Source of the DNA: Gammaproteobacteria bacterium
Lineage (GTDB): Bacteria > Pseudomonadota > Gammaproteobacteria > J025
DNA length: 35,090 nt
Reading direction: 5' to 3'
Assembly: GCA_003696645.1 (NCBI GenBank)
Contig: RFGN01000140.1
Location: 1-35,090, forward strand
Made by a program: the position numbers and the translations under genes. The notes beneath the pieces were generated by a model that did no database searches, was not told where the DNA came from, and saw nothing but the letters and a program-made list of their open reading frames with translations. Below, piece after piece: positions 21,313-29,081 of this stretch (positions are counted from its first letter, which is position 1; each line of letters opens with the position of its first letter).

Positions 21313-21876
21313 TCACGATTCTTTTTGTCTGTCTGCAGGGGGTTCCTCATCCTTGATATATCTGGCGAGGAAAATCCCTTGAAGAATGATGAACACAAAG
21401 GTGAGACCCAGCATGCCAAAAAGCTTGAAATTGACCCAGGTCTCGGTGGAATAGTGATAGACAACGTACAGGTTCACACAACCCACAAGGATGAAAAAAA
21501 CGCTCCAACCCAGGTTGAGCTTTGTCCAGACCGGTTCTGGCAGGGTGATTGAACCCTGCATCATTCTCTTGACCAGAGGGGTACTTCCAATAAACTGACT
21601 CAGCAGAAAGGCAAGGCCAAACAACCAGTTGATCACACTGACCTTCCATTTGATGAACATCTCGTCCTGCAGTAACAGGGTGGCTCCGCCGAAAAGGAGA
21701 ACCAGAGCCAATGTAACGAGGTGCATTTTTTCATATTTCTTGTGATAGAGCCGATTCCAGCCGACCTGGGCCAGCGTTGCCACAATCAGGACGGCTGTGG
21801 CAATAAACAGGTCATAGAACTTGTAGGCCAGAAAGAACAGAATAATTGGGAAAAAGTCGGAAAACAGTTTGTTCAT
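21313..21876 (-). CDS. yciB: Intracellular septation protein A (YciB/IspZ)
   Basis: 187 aa, five TM helices. FFPIILFFLAYKFYDLFIATAVLIVAT...FIKWKVSVINWLF...PVWTKLNLGWSVFFIL is collinear with E. coli YciB. Confidence 0.93.
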   Translation of the reverse strand: MNKLFSDFFPIILFFLAYKFYDLFIATAVLIVATLAQVGWNRLYHKKYEKMHLVTLALVLLFGGATLLLQDEMFIKWKVSVINWLFGLAFLLSQFIGSTPLVKRMMQGSITLPEPVWTKLNLGWSVFFILVGCVNLYVVYHYSTETWVNFKLFGMLGLTFVFIILQGIFLARYIKDEEPPADRQKES

Positions 21877-21962
21877 GCTTGTAGATCACGCTGCACATTG
21901 GTGCGAACGGAATTCGTGGCTAAAATATCAGTCTATGATAATTCACTCGGGAGCATGTTTCC

Positions 21963-22577
21963 ATGCAATATTTTCAGATCCATCCTGACAATCCGCAAAA
22001 ACGGCTGATTCGGCAGGCCGTCGATATACTGGAAAAAGGTGGGGTGATCGTCTATCCCACGGACTCCTGTTATGCCTATGGCTGTACCATTGGAAACAAG
22101 TCGGCCCTGGAGAGGATTCGAAAGCTTCGCGATGTCGACAAGGATCATCACTTTACTCTGGTTTGTCGGGATCTCTCCGAAATAGCCAACTATGCCAAGA
22201 TCACCAATCCGGTCTATCGCCTGTTGAAGATGGCGACTCCGGGTCCGTACACCTTCATCATGGAGGCAACCCGAAGTGTTCCCAAACGTCTCCTGCATCC
22301 AAAGAGGAAGAGTATAGGATTGCGGGTGCCTGATCATCCCGTTGTCAGTGCACTACTTTCAGCACTGGGGCATCCATTGATGAGCGCGACCCTGATTGCC
22401 CCGGGAGAAGATTTACCCATGAGCGATCCAGATGAAATTCGTTCAAGACTTGAAAAACATGTTGATCTGCTTATCGATTGTGGTTCATGTGGAGTTGAGC
22501 CCACAACGGTCGTCGATCTGACCTCCGATTATCCCCAGGTCATCCGGCAGGGTCGAGGTGACGCCGGAATATTTTGA
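21963..22577 (+). CDS. yciO: YciO (YrdC/Sua5 L-threonylcarbamoyladenylate synthase-like fold)
   Basis: MQYFQIHPDNPQKRLIRQAVDILEKGGVIVYPTDSCYAYGC...HFTLVCRDLSE...PGPYTFI...RKSIGLRVP is collinear with E. coli YciO (206 aa). Confidence 0.92.
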   Translation: MQYFQIHPDNPQKRLIRQAVDILEKGGVIVYPTDSCYAYGCTIGNKSALERIRKLRDVDKDHHFTLVCRDLSEIANYAKITNPVYRLLKMATPGPYTFIMEATRSVPKRLLHPKRKSIGLRVPDHPVVSALLSALGHPLMSATLIAPGEDLPMSDPDEIRSRLEKHVDLLIDCGSCGVEPTTVVDLTSDYPQVIRQGRGDAGIF

Positions 22578-22582
22578 TCAGA

Positions 22583-23464
22583 TCAGGTTCCAATTTGTAC
22601 CGGGCAATCTTCTGCCATCAGGAGAAAGACCCCGTCACCGCCAAATTCGAATTCTGGCCACATGAATGGAAGGCGGGGATAGTGTCTCATCAGGGTCTGT
22701 CGGGTATGACCGACCTCTCCCACGAGAAGACCACCAGGTCGAAGAAAACCCCTTGCCAGTTCGATAATTTGAATCATGTGTGCAAGTCCCGAAGCTGGTG
22801 AATGCAGGGCGTGAGTGGGTTCATGATGGTATTCCGGTGGTAATTCTGCCATCTCTTCAGTTGATACATAGGGGGGGTTGGCAATGATCAGGTCAAAATC
22901 TGCACAGGCAGAAAGCCCCCTGAACAAATCCGCCTGGACGAGTTGCAATTGATGGCGAGTGTCCAGGTTGTGGCAGTTGATCCGGGCGACATCCAGAGCG
23001 CCGGAATCGATATCCGTTGCGATGATCTCGGCTTCTGGGAAGGCCTTGCAACAGGCCAGGGCGATGCAACCACTGCCGGTACATAATTCCAGGATTTTTC
23101 TGGGTGGATGGGTGAGCCATGGATTAAAGCGATCTGCTATCAATTCCGCAATGGGAGAACGTGGAATCAAGACCCGTTCGTCTACATAGAATGGTAGCCC
23201 GCAAAACCAGGCTTCATGAGTGAGATAGGCCACAGGTATCCGTTCTTGTATGCGTCTTTTGATCAGGTTTTGCAGTCTTGCAAGATTGTGCGGATCAAGT
23301 GACTCAGGCAGTGAGGACAGCGGTTCATGCGCCGGGAGCCCAAGCAGATACAGGGTCAGATAGATGATTTCATCCCATGCGTTATCCGCGCCATGTCCAA
23401 AGAAAGCATTATTATCGAGTTGTCTGACCAGTGGGATCAGCTGTTTTTCAAGTTCAGGAGGCAT
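22583..23464 (-). CDS. prmB: 50S ribosomal protein L3 glutamine N5-methyltransferase
   Basis: FFGHGADNAWDE...RIPVAYLTHEAWFCGLPFYVDERVLIPRSPIAELI...LELCTGSGCIALA...IIANPPYV (NPPY motif). Collinear with E. coli PrmB. Confidence 0.92.
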   Translation of the reverse strand: MPPELEKQLIPLVRQLDNNAFFGHGADNAWDEIIYLTLYLLGLPAHEPLSSLPESLDPHNLARLQNLIKRRIQERIPVAYLTHEAWFCGLPFYVDERVLIPRSPIAELIADRFNPWLTHPPRKILELCTGSGCIALACCKAFPEAEIIATDIDSGALDVARINCHNLDTRHQLQLVQADLFRGLSACADFDLIIANPPYVSTEEMAELPPEYHHEPTHALHSPASGLAHMIQIIELARGFLRPGGLLVGEVGHTRQTLMRHYPRLPFMWPEFEFGGDGVFLLMAEDCPVQIGT

Positions 23465-23564
23465 GGTTTGATCAAGCTTTGAATTGTCTGATTTTGGTTT
23501 ATGGATAACATTTCTTGGGAATTCTATGCCGGATTCATTTTTCTGTGGAGTTTTAATCGAGTGG

Positions 23565-23593
23565 TTGACCTTCAGAGGGTATAGGTGTAAGTT
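23565..23593 (+). promoter_or_regulatory. Candidate sigma70 promoter for the orphan hairpin RNA
   Basis: TTGACC (23565-23570), 17-nt spacer, TAAGTT (23588-23593). The predicted start is about 23600, at the foot of the first hairpin. Confidence 0.4.
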
Positions 23594-23599
23594 GTGTCT

Positions 23600-23714
23600 G
23601 CGGAGAAGAGAAGCGATCCGCAGTTAATCGGAGCGGCGTAGAGAAGGGCTCCGATAGAAGCCGGCCCATGAGTGTCAAGCGTAGAGAGAGGAGGGGGCCG
23701 GCTTCGCTTTTTTT
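23600..23714 (+). ncRNA. Candidate small RNA or leader (~115 nt, three hairpins, intrinsic terminator), family unknown
   Basis: SL1 has a 7-bp stem (23598-23604 / 23617-23623). SL2 has an 8-bp stem (23627-23634 / 23648-23655). SL3 has an 11-bp GC-rich stem (23657-23667 / 23695-23705) followed by T7. The motif GCGTAGAGA occurs in the loops of both SL2 and SL3, and AGAGAAG occurs in SL1. No plus-strand gene lies upstream. Confidence 0.5.
23657..23714 (+). terminator. Rho-independent terminator
   Basis: Perfect 11-bp stem GAAGCCGGCCC / GGGCCGGCTTC, followed by GC and seven T residues (23708-23714). Confidence 0.75.
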
Positions 23715-23744
23715 GAAATATCCATCCATCATATCAAGGGTCGA

Positions 23745-24530
23745 ATGAAAAGCGTTTGGTCTCAGTCAGCGGTCCTGATATGCCTGTCAGTATTTCTGGC
23801 ATCATGTCAGAGCCTGCCATCCAGAATACCTGAAAGTTCAAAGGCCTATACAGAACTTGGTCTTGCCTATTTGGAGAAAAAGAGCTATTCCCTTGCCGAG
23901 ACCAAGCTCAAGCATGCCATTGAGCTGTATGAGCGTAATGCAGAGGCCCACCATTATCTGGCTGAGCTATATCGAGTGCAGGGACGCAAGCTTTTGGCCC
24001 GAGATGAATATGAACGTGCTATTGCACTGGATCGTGATAATCCGTCCATCTGGAACAACTATGCAGTATTCCTGTGCGGGATCGGAGAATACGAGGCCTC
24101 TGAAAAATGGTTTCTCAAGGCGGCGCGCAAACGAGGTTACGAGAAACGTGCCGAGGCCTATGAGAATGCCGGAGTCTGTATGTTGGCCGCTGGAAACAGG
24201 GATCGGGCCATCCGGCATTTCGACAATGCCCTTGGCATCGAATTGCGGGAGAGATCGTTGTTGCAGCTTGCCACTCTCGAGATTGACCAGGGTCAGGCAG
24301 ACCGGGCAGTGGAAAATCTCAAACGCCTGCATCAGTTTTTCAAGCCATCACCAGAGAGCCTGTATTTGCTGGCCAGGGCAGAAAAGGATCTGGGACATTC
24401 GGATCAGGTTGAAAAGATAGCCAATCAATTCCAGGAGCTTTTTCCCGATAGTCCGTTAAACAGGAAGGTTCATTCCCTTTTTGAGTCTCACTCGGAGCAG
24501 GGCAATCATTCCGGTCAAAATGACAGATGA
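23745..24530 (+). CDS. pilW: TPR lipoprotein, type IV pilus biogenesis/stability protein PilW (PilF) type
   Basis: Lipobox VFLASC after a signal peptide. Successive TPR units match the PilW pattern: AYTELGLAYLEKKSYSLAETKLKHAIEL..., NNYAVFLCGIGEYEASEKWF..., YENAGVCMLAAGNRDRAIRHFDNAL. Confidence 0.7.
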   Translation: MKSVWSQSAVLICLSVFLASCQSLPSRIPESSKAYTELGLAYLEKKSYSLAETKLKHAIELYERNAEAHHYLAELYRVQGRKLLARDEYERAIALDRDNPSIWNNYAVFLCGIGEYEASEKWFLKAARKRGYEKRAEAYENAGVCMLAAGNRDRAIRHFDNALGIELRERSLLQLATLEIDQGQADRAVENLKRLHQFFKPSPESLYLLARAEKDLGHSDQVEKIANQFQELFPDSPLNRKVHSLFESHSEQGNHSGQNDR

Positions 24531-24925
24531 ATGACCAACCTTCGTTGATGTGCACGAGTCCGATGTTCCCAGAGAAAGATGCCCTGCCAGGTTCCCAGTG
24601 CAAGTCTGCCATCCACCACCGGGATGCTCAGGCTGGTTTCTGTGAGCATTGCCTTGATGTGTGAAGGCATGTCGTCGGGCCCTTCTGCGGTATGGGTGAA
24701 TTGTGGCTGGTTGCTTGGCACCATTCGATTGAGCCATTGTTCCAGATCGAATTGTGCAGCCGGGTCTGCATTCTCCTGGATCAGAAGGCTGGCAGAGGTG
24801 TGCTGGATGAAGATGGTGCATAATCCATCACGAGATTCTGCCTCTTTCTGGACAATGGCCTGTAGTTCACGAGTGATTTCATGAAGGCCCTGTCGATGTG
24901 TAGAAATGGTTGTTGATATGATCAT
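24515..24925 (-). CDS. yjbQ: YjbQ/UPF0047 family protein (secondary thiamine-phosphate synthase fold)
   Basis: 136 aa. GLHEITRELQ...GLCTIFIQHTSASLLIQENADP....DMPSHIKAML...SLSIPVVDGRLALGTWQGIFLWEHR is typical of YjbQ. Its 3' end overlaps pilW by 16 nt (convergent). Confidence 0.9.
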   Translation of the reverse strand: MIISTTISTHRQGLHEITRELQAIVQKEAESRDGLCTIFIQHTSASLLIQENADPAAQFDLEQWLNRMVPSNQPQFTHTAEGPDDMPSHIKAMLTETSLSIPVVDGRLALGTWQGIFLWEHRTRAHQRRLVIHLSF

Positions 24926-25946
24926 GGGTCAACGAATCCTCAGACAAATAATGGTGAGCATTATACTCCCGGGAATGTTCATTTGGGGGGAGGCTTGTCT
25001 TGCTGCAGACAAGCCTGGTGATATTCATCATGAAAAGGTAAAGGATTGCCGTGTATGTCATTCGACCTATAACCAGTCCACCATTAGGCAGTCAGGACGT
25101 TCCTGCCAGGGATGCCACGACAAACTGCCGACACCAGAACTGGAACAGGCTGAAGAGAGTGAACCCGAGGGTTACCCCAAGGATTCCCGTATCAAGATCA
25201 AGGAAATCCGGATGTATTATCCAAAAAGTCGTATTGGGCCAGAGCCCAACCCAATGGTGTTGATTCCAGCAGGTTCCTTTGTCATGGGGACCAATGACCG
25301 ATTACCGGATGAAGGCCCTGCGCATACTGTAACACTTGGCGCGTTTTATATGGATCGTTACGAGGTAACCAACCTGCAATATAAACAGTTCATTGATGCA
25401 ACGGGTCGGCGATCACCTGACCATTTCCGCAGCAGGACCTTCCCTGCAGGCAAGGCAGACCATCCTGTTGTCTATGTCACTTGGTATGATGCCGATGCCT
25501 ATTGCCATTGGGCAGGGAAAAGGCTCCCGACACAGGAAGAATGGGAAAAGGCGGCTCGGGGAACCGATGCGCGACCCTTTCCATGGGGGAGGCGTTTTGA
25601 TATCAATGCTGCCAATACGCCCCTGAGATGGTCTGCCCTGGGGACTGAAGGGGATACCACTCCGGTCGGAAGTTTTCCGGAGGGGGTGAGTCCATATGGC
25701 CTCTATGATATGTCTGGAAATGTCTGGGAATGGACTTCTTCATGGTATAAACCCTATCCGGGGAGTCGATGGGAATCGGAAAATTATGGAGAGTTGTATA
25801 AAGTTCTGAAAGGGGGTTCCTGGTGGGATTGCTCCTTCTACCAGTGCGGCATCTCTGCACCGGTCTACAATCGGAGTTTCTTTCAAAAACGGACCAAGAA
25901 TGCCAGTTTTGGGTTCAGATGTGCCAGGGATGGAGGCAAGACATGA
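24906..25946 (+). CDS. Periplasmic formylglycine-generating-enzyme (FGE/SUMF1) family protein with N-terminal di-haem (2x CXXCH) module
   Basis: Signal-peptide-like N-terminus. CRVCH at 25047-25061 and CQGCH at 25104-25118. FGE-sulfatase core: MVLIPAGSFVMGT...EGPAHTVTL.AFYMDRYEVTN.QY..F...HPVVYVTWYDA.AYC.WAGKRLPT..EWEKAARG...YPWG......GLYDMSGNVWEWT....VLKGGSW...FGFRCARD. C-x4-C pair CSFYQC at 25830-25847. In-frame alternative starts at 24918, 24924 and 24951. Confidence 0.85.
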   Translation: MVVDMIMGQRILRQIMVSIILPGMFIWGEACLAADKPGDIHHEKVKDCRVCHSTYNQSTIRQSGRSCQGCHDKLPTPELEQAEESEPEGYPKDSRIKIKEIRMYYPKSRIGPEPNPMVLIPAGSFVMGTNDRLPDEGPAHTVTLGAFYMDRYEVTNLQYKQFIDATGRRSPDHFRSRTFPAGKADHPVVYVTWYDADAYCHWAGKRLPTQEEWEKAARGTDARPFPWGRRFDINAANTPLRWSALGTEGDTTPVGSFPEGVSPYGLYDMSGNVWEWTSSWYKPYPGSRWESENYGELYKVLKGGSWWDCSFYQCGISAPVYNRSFFQKRTKNASFGFRCARDGGKT

Positions 25947-26896
25947 TGAGAGCGGGATGGTTGACCGGGATAGTGGCCCTCCTTTTGATCGATTCCGTGT
26001 GGGCATCGTCATCTTCTTCTGCGCAATGGGTCACGATACCAGCCGGTCCATTTCTGATGGGTACGGCAGATGAAGAGATCAGTCAGCAGGAGGACAAGAG
26101 CGGGATATACGGTTCAGGCAAGCCATGGTTTGTCGATGAGAGACCACAGCACAGTGTAACATTGCCGGAATACCAGATCGAAAGAACCGAGGTAACCAAC
26201 GCCCAATTCAGGGCTTATGTGATTCAGGAGAATACACGTGTCCCTCTGGAATGGATCAAGAATGGTTATCTGCTGGATCGAAAGATCCTGAACATTGCCA
26301 CGCTGTCGAAACTTCGTGATCTGGCCGCCAATCTATTTCGCCTGGATCTTGACGTTTCAAAAATGACCAAGGAAGATATTCTCGATCGAATCGAAGCCCA
26401 TCAACAGGCTCAGGATAACCTTCCTGTCGTCACGGTGGACTGGGAATTGGCACAGGGATACTGCACATGGCTAGGTGGTCGGTTACCGACTGAAGCGGAA
26501 TGGGAAAAGGCTGCCCGGGGGCCTGATGCCAGAATCTACCCATGGGGAAACAGGTGGGACAGATCCAGACTGAATATAGGGGAAGACCCGGATTATCCTT
26601 CCGGTGTCACCCCGGTCGGCCATTATCCCAGTGGTAAATCCTATTACGGACTCATGGACATGGCCGGAAATGTCATGGAATGGACCATGGATGATTACCG
26701 GGCCTATCCGGAGGGAAAATTGCCTGCTGGAGCAAAGGGCAAGGGTCAAAAGGTCTTGCGTGGTGGAGGTTGGGGCGGTCTGGGTCACTATGTGATCAGC
26801 CATTTCTATCGTACAGCCTATCGATTCTATCTGCCACGAACGGCCCAATTCAATGATGTGGGTGTCCGGTGTGTAAGAGACCTGCATCATGACTGA
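25943..26896 (+). CDS. Second FGE/SUMF1-family periplasmic protein, lacking the Cys pair and carrying a ~60-aa insertion
   Basis: ATG 25943 overlaps the upstream stop (ATGA) and follows GGAGG. Signal peptide MMRAGWLTGIVALLLIDSVWA. FGE core: WVTIPAGPFLMGT...ERPQHSVTL.EYQIERTEVTNAQF...LPVVTVDW.LAQGYCTWLGGRLPTEAEWEKAARG...YPWGN...YGLMDMAGNVMEWT...VLRGGGW...VGVRCVRD. No cysteine in the GGGWGGLGHYVISHFYR segment. Confidence 0.85.
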   Translation: MMRAGWLTGIVALLLIDSVWASSSSSAQWVTIPAGPFLMGTADEEISQQEDKSGIYGSGKPWFVDERPQHSVTLPEYQIERTEVTNAQFRAYVIQENTRVPLEWIKNGYLLDRKILNIATLSKLRDLAANLFRLDLDVSKMTKEDILDRIEAHQQAQDNLPVVTVDWELAQGYCTWLGGRLPTEAEWEKAARGPDARIYPWGNRWDRSRLNIGEDPDYPSGVTPVGHYPSGKSYYGLMDMAGNVMEWTMDDYRAYPEGKLPAGAKGKGQKVLRGGGWGGLGHYVISHFYRTAYRFYLPRTAQFNDVGVRCVRDLHHD

Positions 26897-29081
26897 CTCC
26901 AAAGACTTTCCTCAGGACCCCTGCCACGTCCAGCAGCAGGACCGATATGAATCACCCATTTCGAGCAGGAGTCATATCCTGCTTGTACTGCAGAAGCTGG
27001 GCCGGCCCGCAACATTGGCACAACTGGCAAAGCTGGTTGCTCTGCGGAATGACAGTCAGAAATCTGCACTTTCGAGAAGACTTGATGCCATGGTACGAGA
27101 CCGCCAATTGAGGCAGGATCGGCAGGGACGATATCATCTCCCTGCCAAGGCCTCTGTTGTTCAGGGAAAGGTATTGTCTCATCGAGATGGATTCGGGTTT
27201 CTGCAAGTTGAGGGTCAACCTGAAGATGTTTTTCTGCCGCCAAAGACCATGCAGTTGGTCATGCATGGAGATGAGGTGATAGCTTTGGTATTGCCAGATA
27301 GAGGACGGAGCGGGAAACAACGGTCTGGACGATATGTTGGCAGGATCATTGATATTATTCACCGAGCCCATGCCCATCTGGTGGGGCGGGTGCATCGTCA
27401 GGAAAAATCCTTGTATGTAGTCCCTGATGATCCGCGATTGAACATGCGTATTGAGATTGAGGGGGGCGGTCAGGGCAAGGTACGGGCCAGACCGGGTCAG
27501 ATCGTCGAAGTCCAGATTACAGCCTACCCGGACAGGCAGACAAACTGTCGGGGCAGGATTACGGAAATACTGGGTGAACACCTGGGCCCTGGGATGGAGA
27601 TTGATATTGCGCTGCGAAATCATGAAATTCCCTTTGTCTGGGATGATGATGTTCTCGCTGAACTCGAGCGTATTCCGGAGCATATCTCCACTTCAGAGAT
27701 CAAAAGGCGGAAGGATCTCAGGTCTCTGCCATTTGTGACGATAGATGGGGAGGATGCCAGAGATTTTGACGATGCCGTCTATTGTGAAAGAGAAGGTCGG
27801 GGCTGGATACTATGGGTGGCAATCGCAGATGTAGCCAGCTATGTCATGGCAGGGTCAGCGCTGGATCGGGCAGCCACCGATCGAGGGACTTCGGTATATT
27901 TCCCGGGGCGGGTGATTCCCATGTTGCCAGAGAAACTGTCCAATGGTCTTTGCTCACTCAAACCGAATGTTGATCGTCTGAGTCTGGTCTGTCAGATGCA
28001 TGTCTCCCCTCGCGGAGAGGTTCGTTCCTATCAGTTTTTTGCTTCAGTGATACGTTCACATGCCAGATTGACGTATCACCAGGCCAATGATCTGCTGAAA
28101 AATGGTCAGGCCCAGTCTGATCTTCCGTTCATGAAATCCCTGCAGGAACTTGAAAGAGTCTATCAGGCCCTGGACAAAAACAGAATATCACGCGGTGCAC
28201 TGAGATTTGATCGTGAAGAGGTACAGATCGTATTTGGGGACGATCAAAAAATAGAAAAGATTGTACCAGTTGAACGTCTGAGAACACACGAAATCATAGA
28301 GGTTTGCATGATTGCGGCCAATGTATGTGCAGCGGATTATCTGGAAGATCGTGAGATGCCTTTTTTGTTTCGTGTCCACGAAGCCCCAAAAACTGAGAAG
28401 CTTGAGGGGTTGAAACAGTTCTTGAGGGAAATCGGCCTGACTCTGGGAGGAGGCGACCAACCGGAACCCAGAGATTTCTCCAGGCTGCTTGATGCAATCT
28501 CTGAAAGAGATGATCGTATCACGATCGAGACAGTTGTCCTGCGTAGTCAGAATCAGGCATTCTATTCTCCGGATAATCAGGGACATTTTGGCCTGGCCTT
28601 GTCTCACTATGCACATTTTACCTCTCCAATCAGGCGTTATCCCGATCTGTTGGTGCACAGGGCCATCCATCACTGCCTGGATGGAAAAGGTGCCGACTCC
28701 TTCCCTTACACACATGCAGACATGAAGGCCCTGGGAGAGCATTGCTCGATGACTGAACGTCGAGCTGACGAGGCAACTCGCGATGTGATCAGCTGGTTGA
28801 AATGTTTCTATTTGCAGCAATTTCTTGGCAAATGCTTCCAGGGCGTCATCACGGGGGTTGCGGAATTCGGATTGTTTGTAGAACTGCAGCCCTTGTATGC
28901 TGAAGGCCTGATACATGTTTCTGCGTTGCCCAAGGATTTCTATCGTTTTATTCCTGAAAAACAGGTGTTAACGGGAACCAGTCATGGCCGTACCTTCAAG
29001 TTGATGCAGCATGTTCATGTTCGACTGGCAAGAGTCGATCTGGAATCAAGAAAGATTGACCTGACTCTATATGAGTCATGA
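26889..29081 (+). CDS. rnr: Ribonuclease R
   Basis: 730 aa. N-terminal winged-helix and cold-shock-like domains (GKVLSHRDGFGFL). RNB catalytic domain (FVTIDGEDARDFDDAVY...GTSVYFPGRVIPMLPE...HFGL....YAHFTSPIRRYPDL.VHR). C-terminal S1 domain. The start overlaps the preceding stop by 8 nt. Confidence 0.95.
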   Translation: MTDSKDFPQDPCHVQQQDRYESPISSRSHILLVLQKLGRPATLAQLAKLVALRNDSQKSALSRRLDAMVRDRQLRQDRQGRYHLPAKASVVQGKVLSHRDGFGFLQVEGQPEDVFLPPKTMQLVMHGDEVIALVLPDRGRSGKQRSGRYVGRIIDIIHRAHAHLVGRVHRQEKSLYVVPDDPRLNMRIEIEGGGQGKVRARPGQIVEVQITAYPDRQTNCRGRITEILGEHLGPGMEIDIALRNHEIPFVWDDDVLAELERIPEHISTSEIKRRKDLRSLPFVTIDGEDARDFDDAVYCEREGRGWILWVAIADVASYVMAGSALDRAATDRGTSVYFPGRVIPMLPEKLSNGLCSLKPNVDRLSLVCQMHVSPRGEVRSYQFFASVIRSHARLTYHQANDLLKNGQAQSDLPFMKSLQELERVYQALDKNRISRGALRFDREEVQIVFGDDQKIEKIVPVERLRTHEIIEVCMIAANVCAADYLEDREMPFLFRVHEAPKTEKLEGLKQFLREIGLTLGGGDQPEPRDFSRLLDAISERDDRITIETVVLRSQNQAFYSPDNQGHFGLALSHYAHFTSPIRRYPDLLVHRAIHHCLDGKGADSFPYTHADMKALGEHCSMTERRADEATRDVISWLKCFYLQQFLGKCFQGVITGVAEFGLFVELQPLYAEGLIHVSALPKDFYRFIPEKQVLTGTSHGRTFKLMQHVHVRLARVDLESRKIDLTLYES

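Noticed and set aside
23600-23714. Possibility that the hairpin RNA is a known riboswitch (for example c-di-GMP GEMM-I) or a Csr/Rsm-family RNA
   Set aside because: I could not find the conserved GEMM core (ACGCAAAGC-type segment, GNRA tetraloop/receptor) or multiple loop-exposed ANGGA motifs. It cannot be excluded without an Rfam scan.
23668-23748. 26-codon uORF (MSVKRRERRGPASLFLKYPSIISRVE*) whose stop overlaps the pilW ATG (ATGA)
   Set aside because: Its ATG sits in the loop-closing region of the terminator hairpin with no Shine-Dalgarno. The frame is most simply a by-product of the hairpin and T-tract sequence. It remains a formal alternative to the sRNA interpretation.
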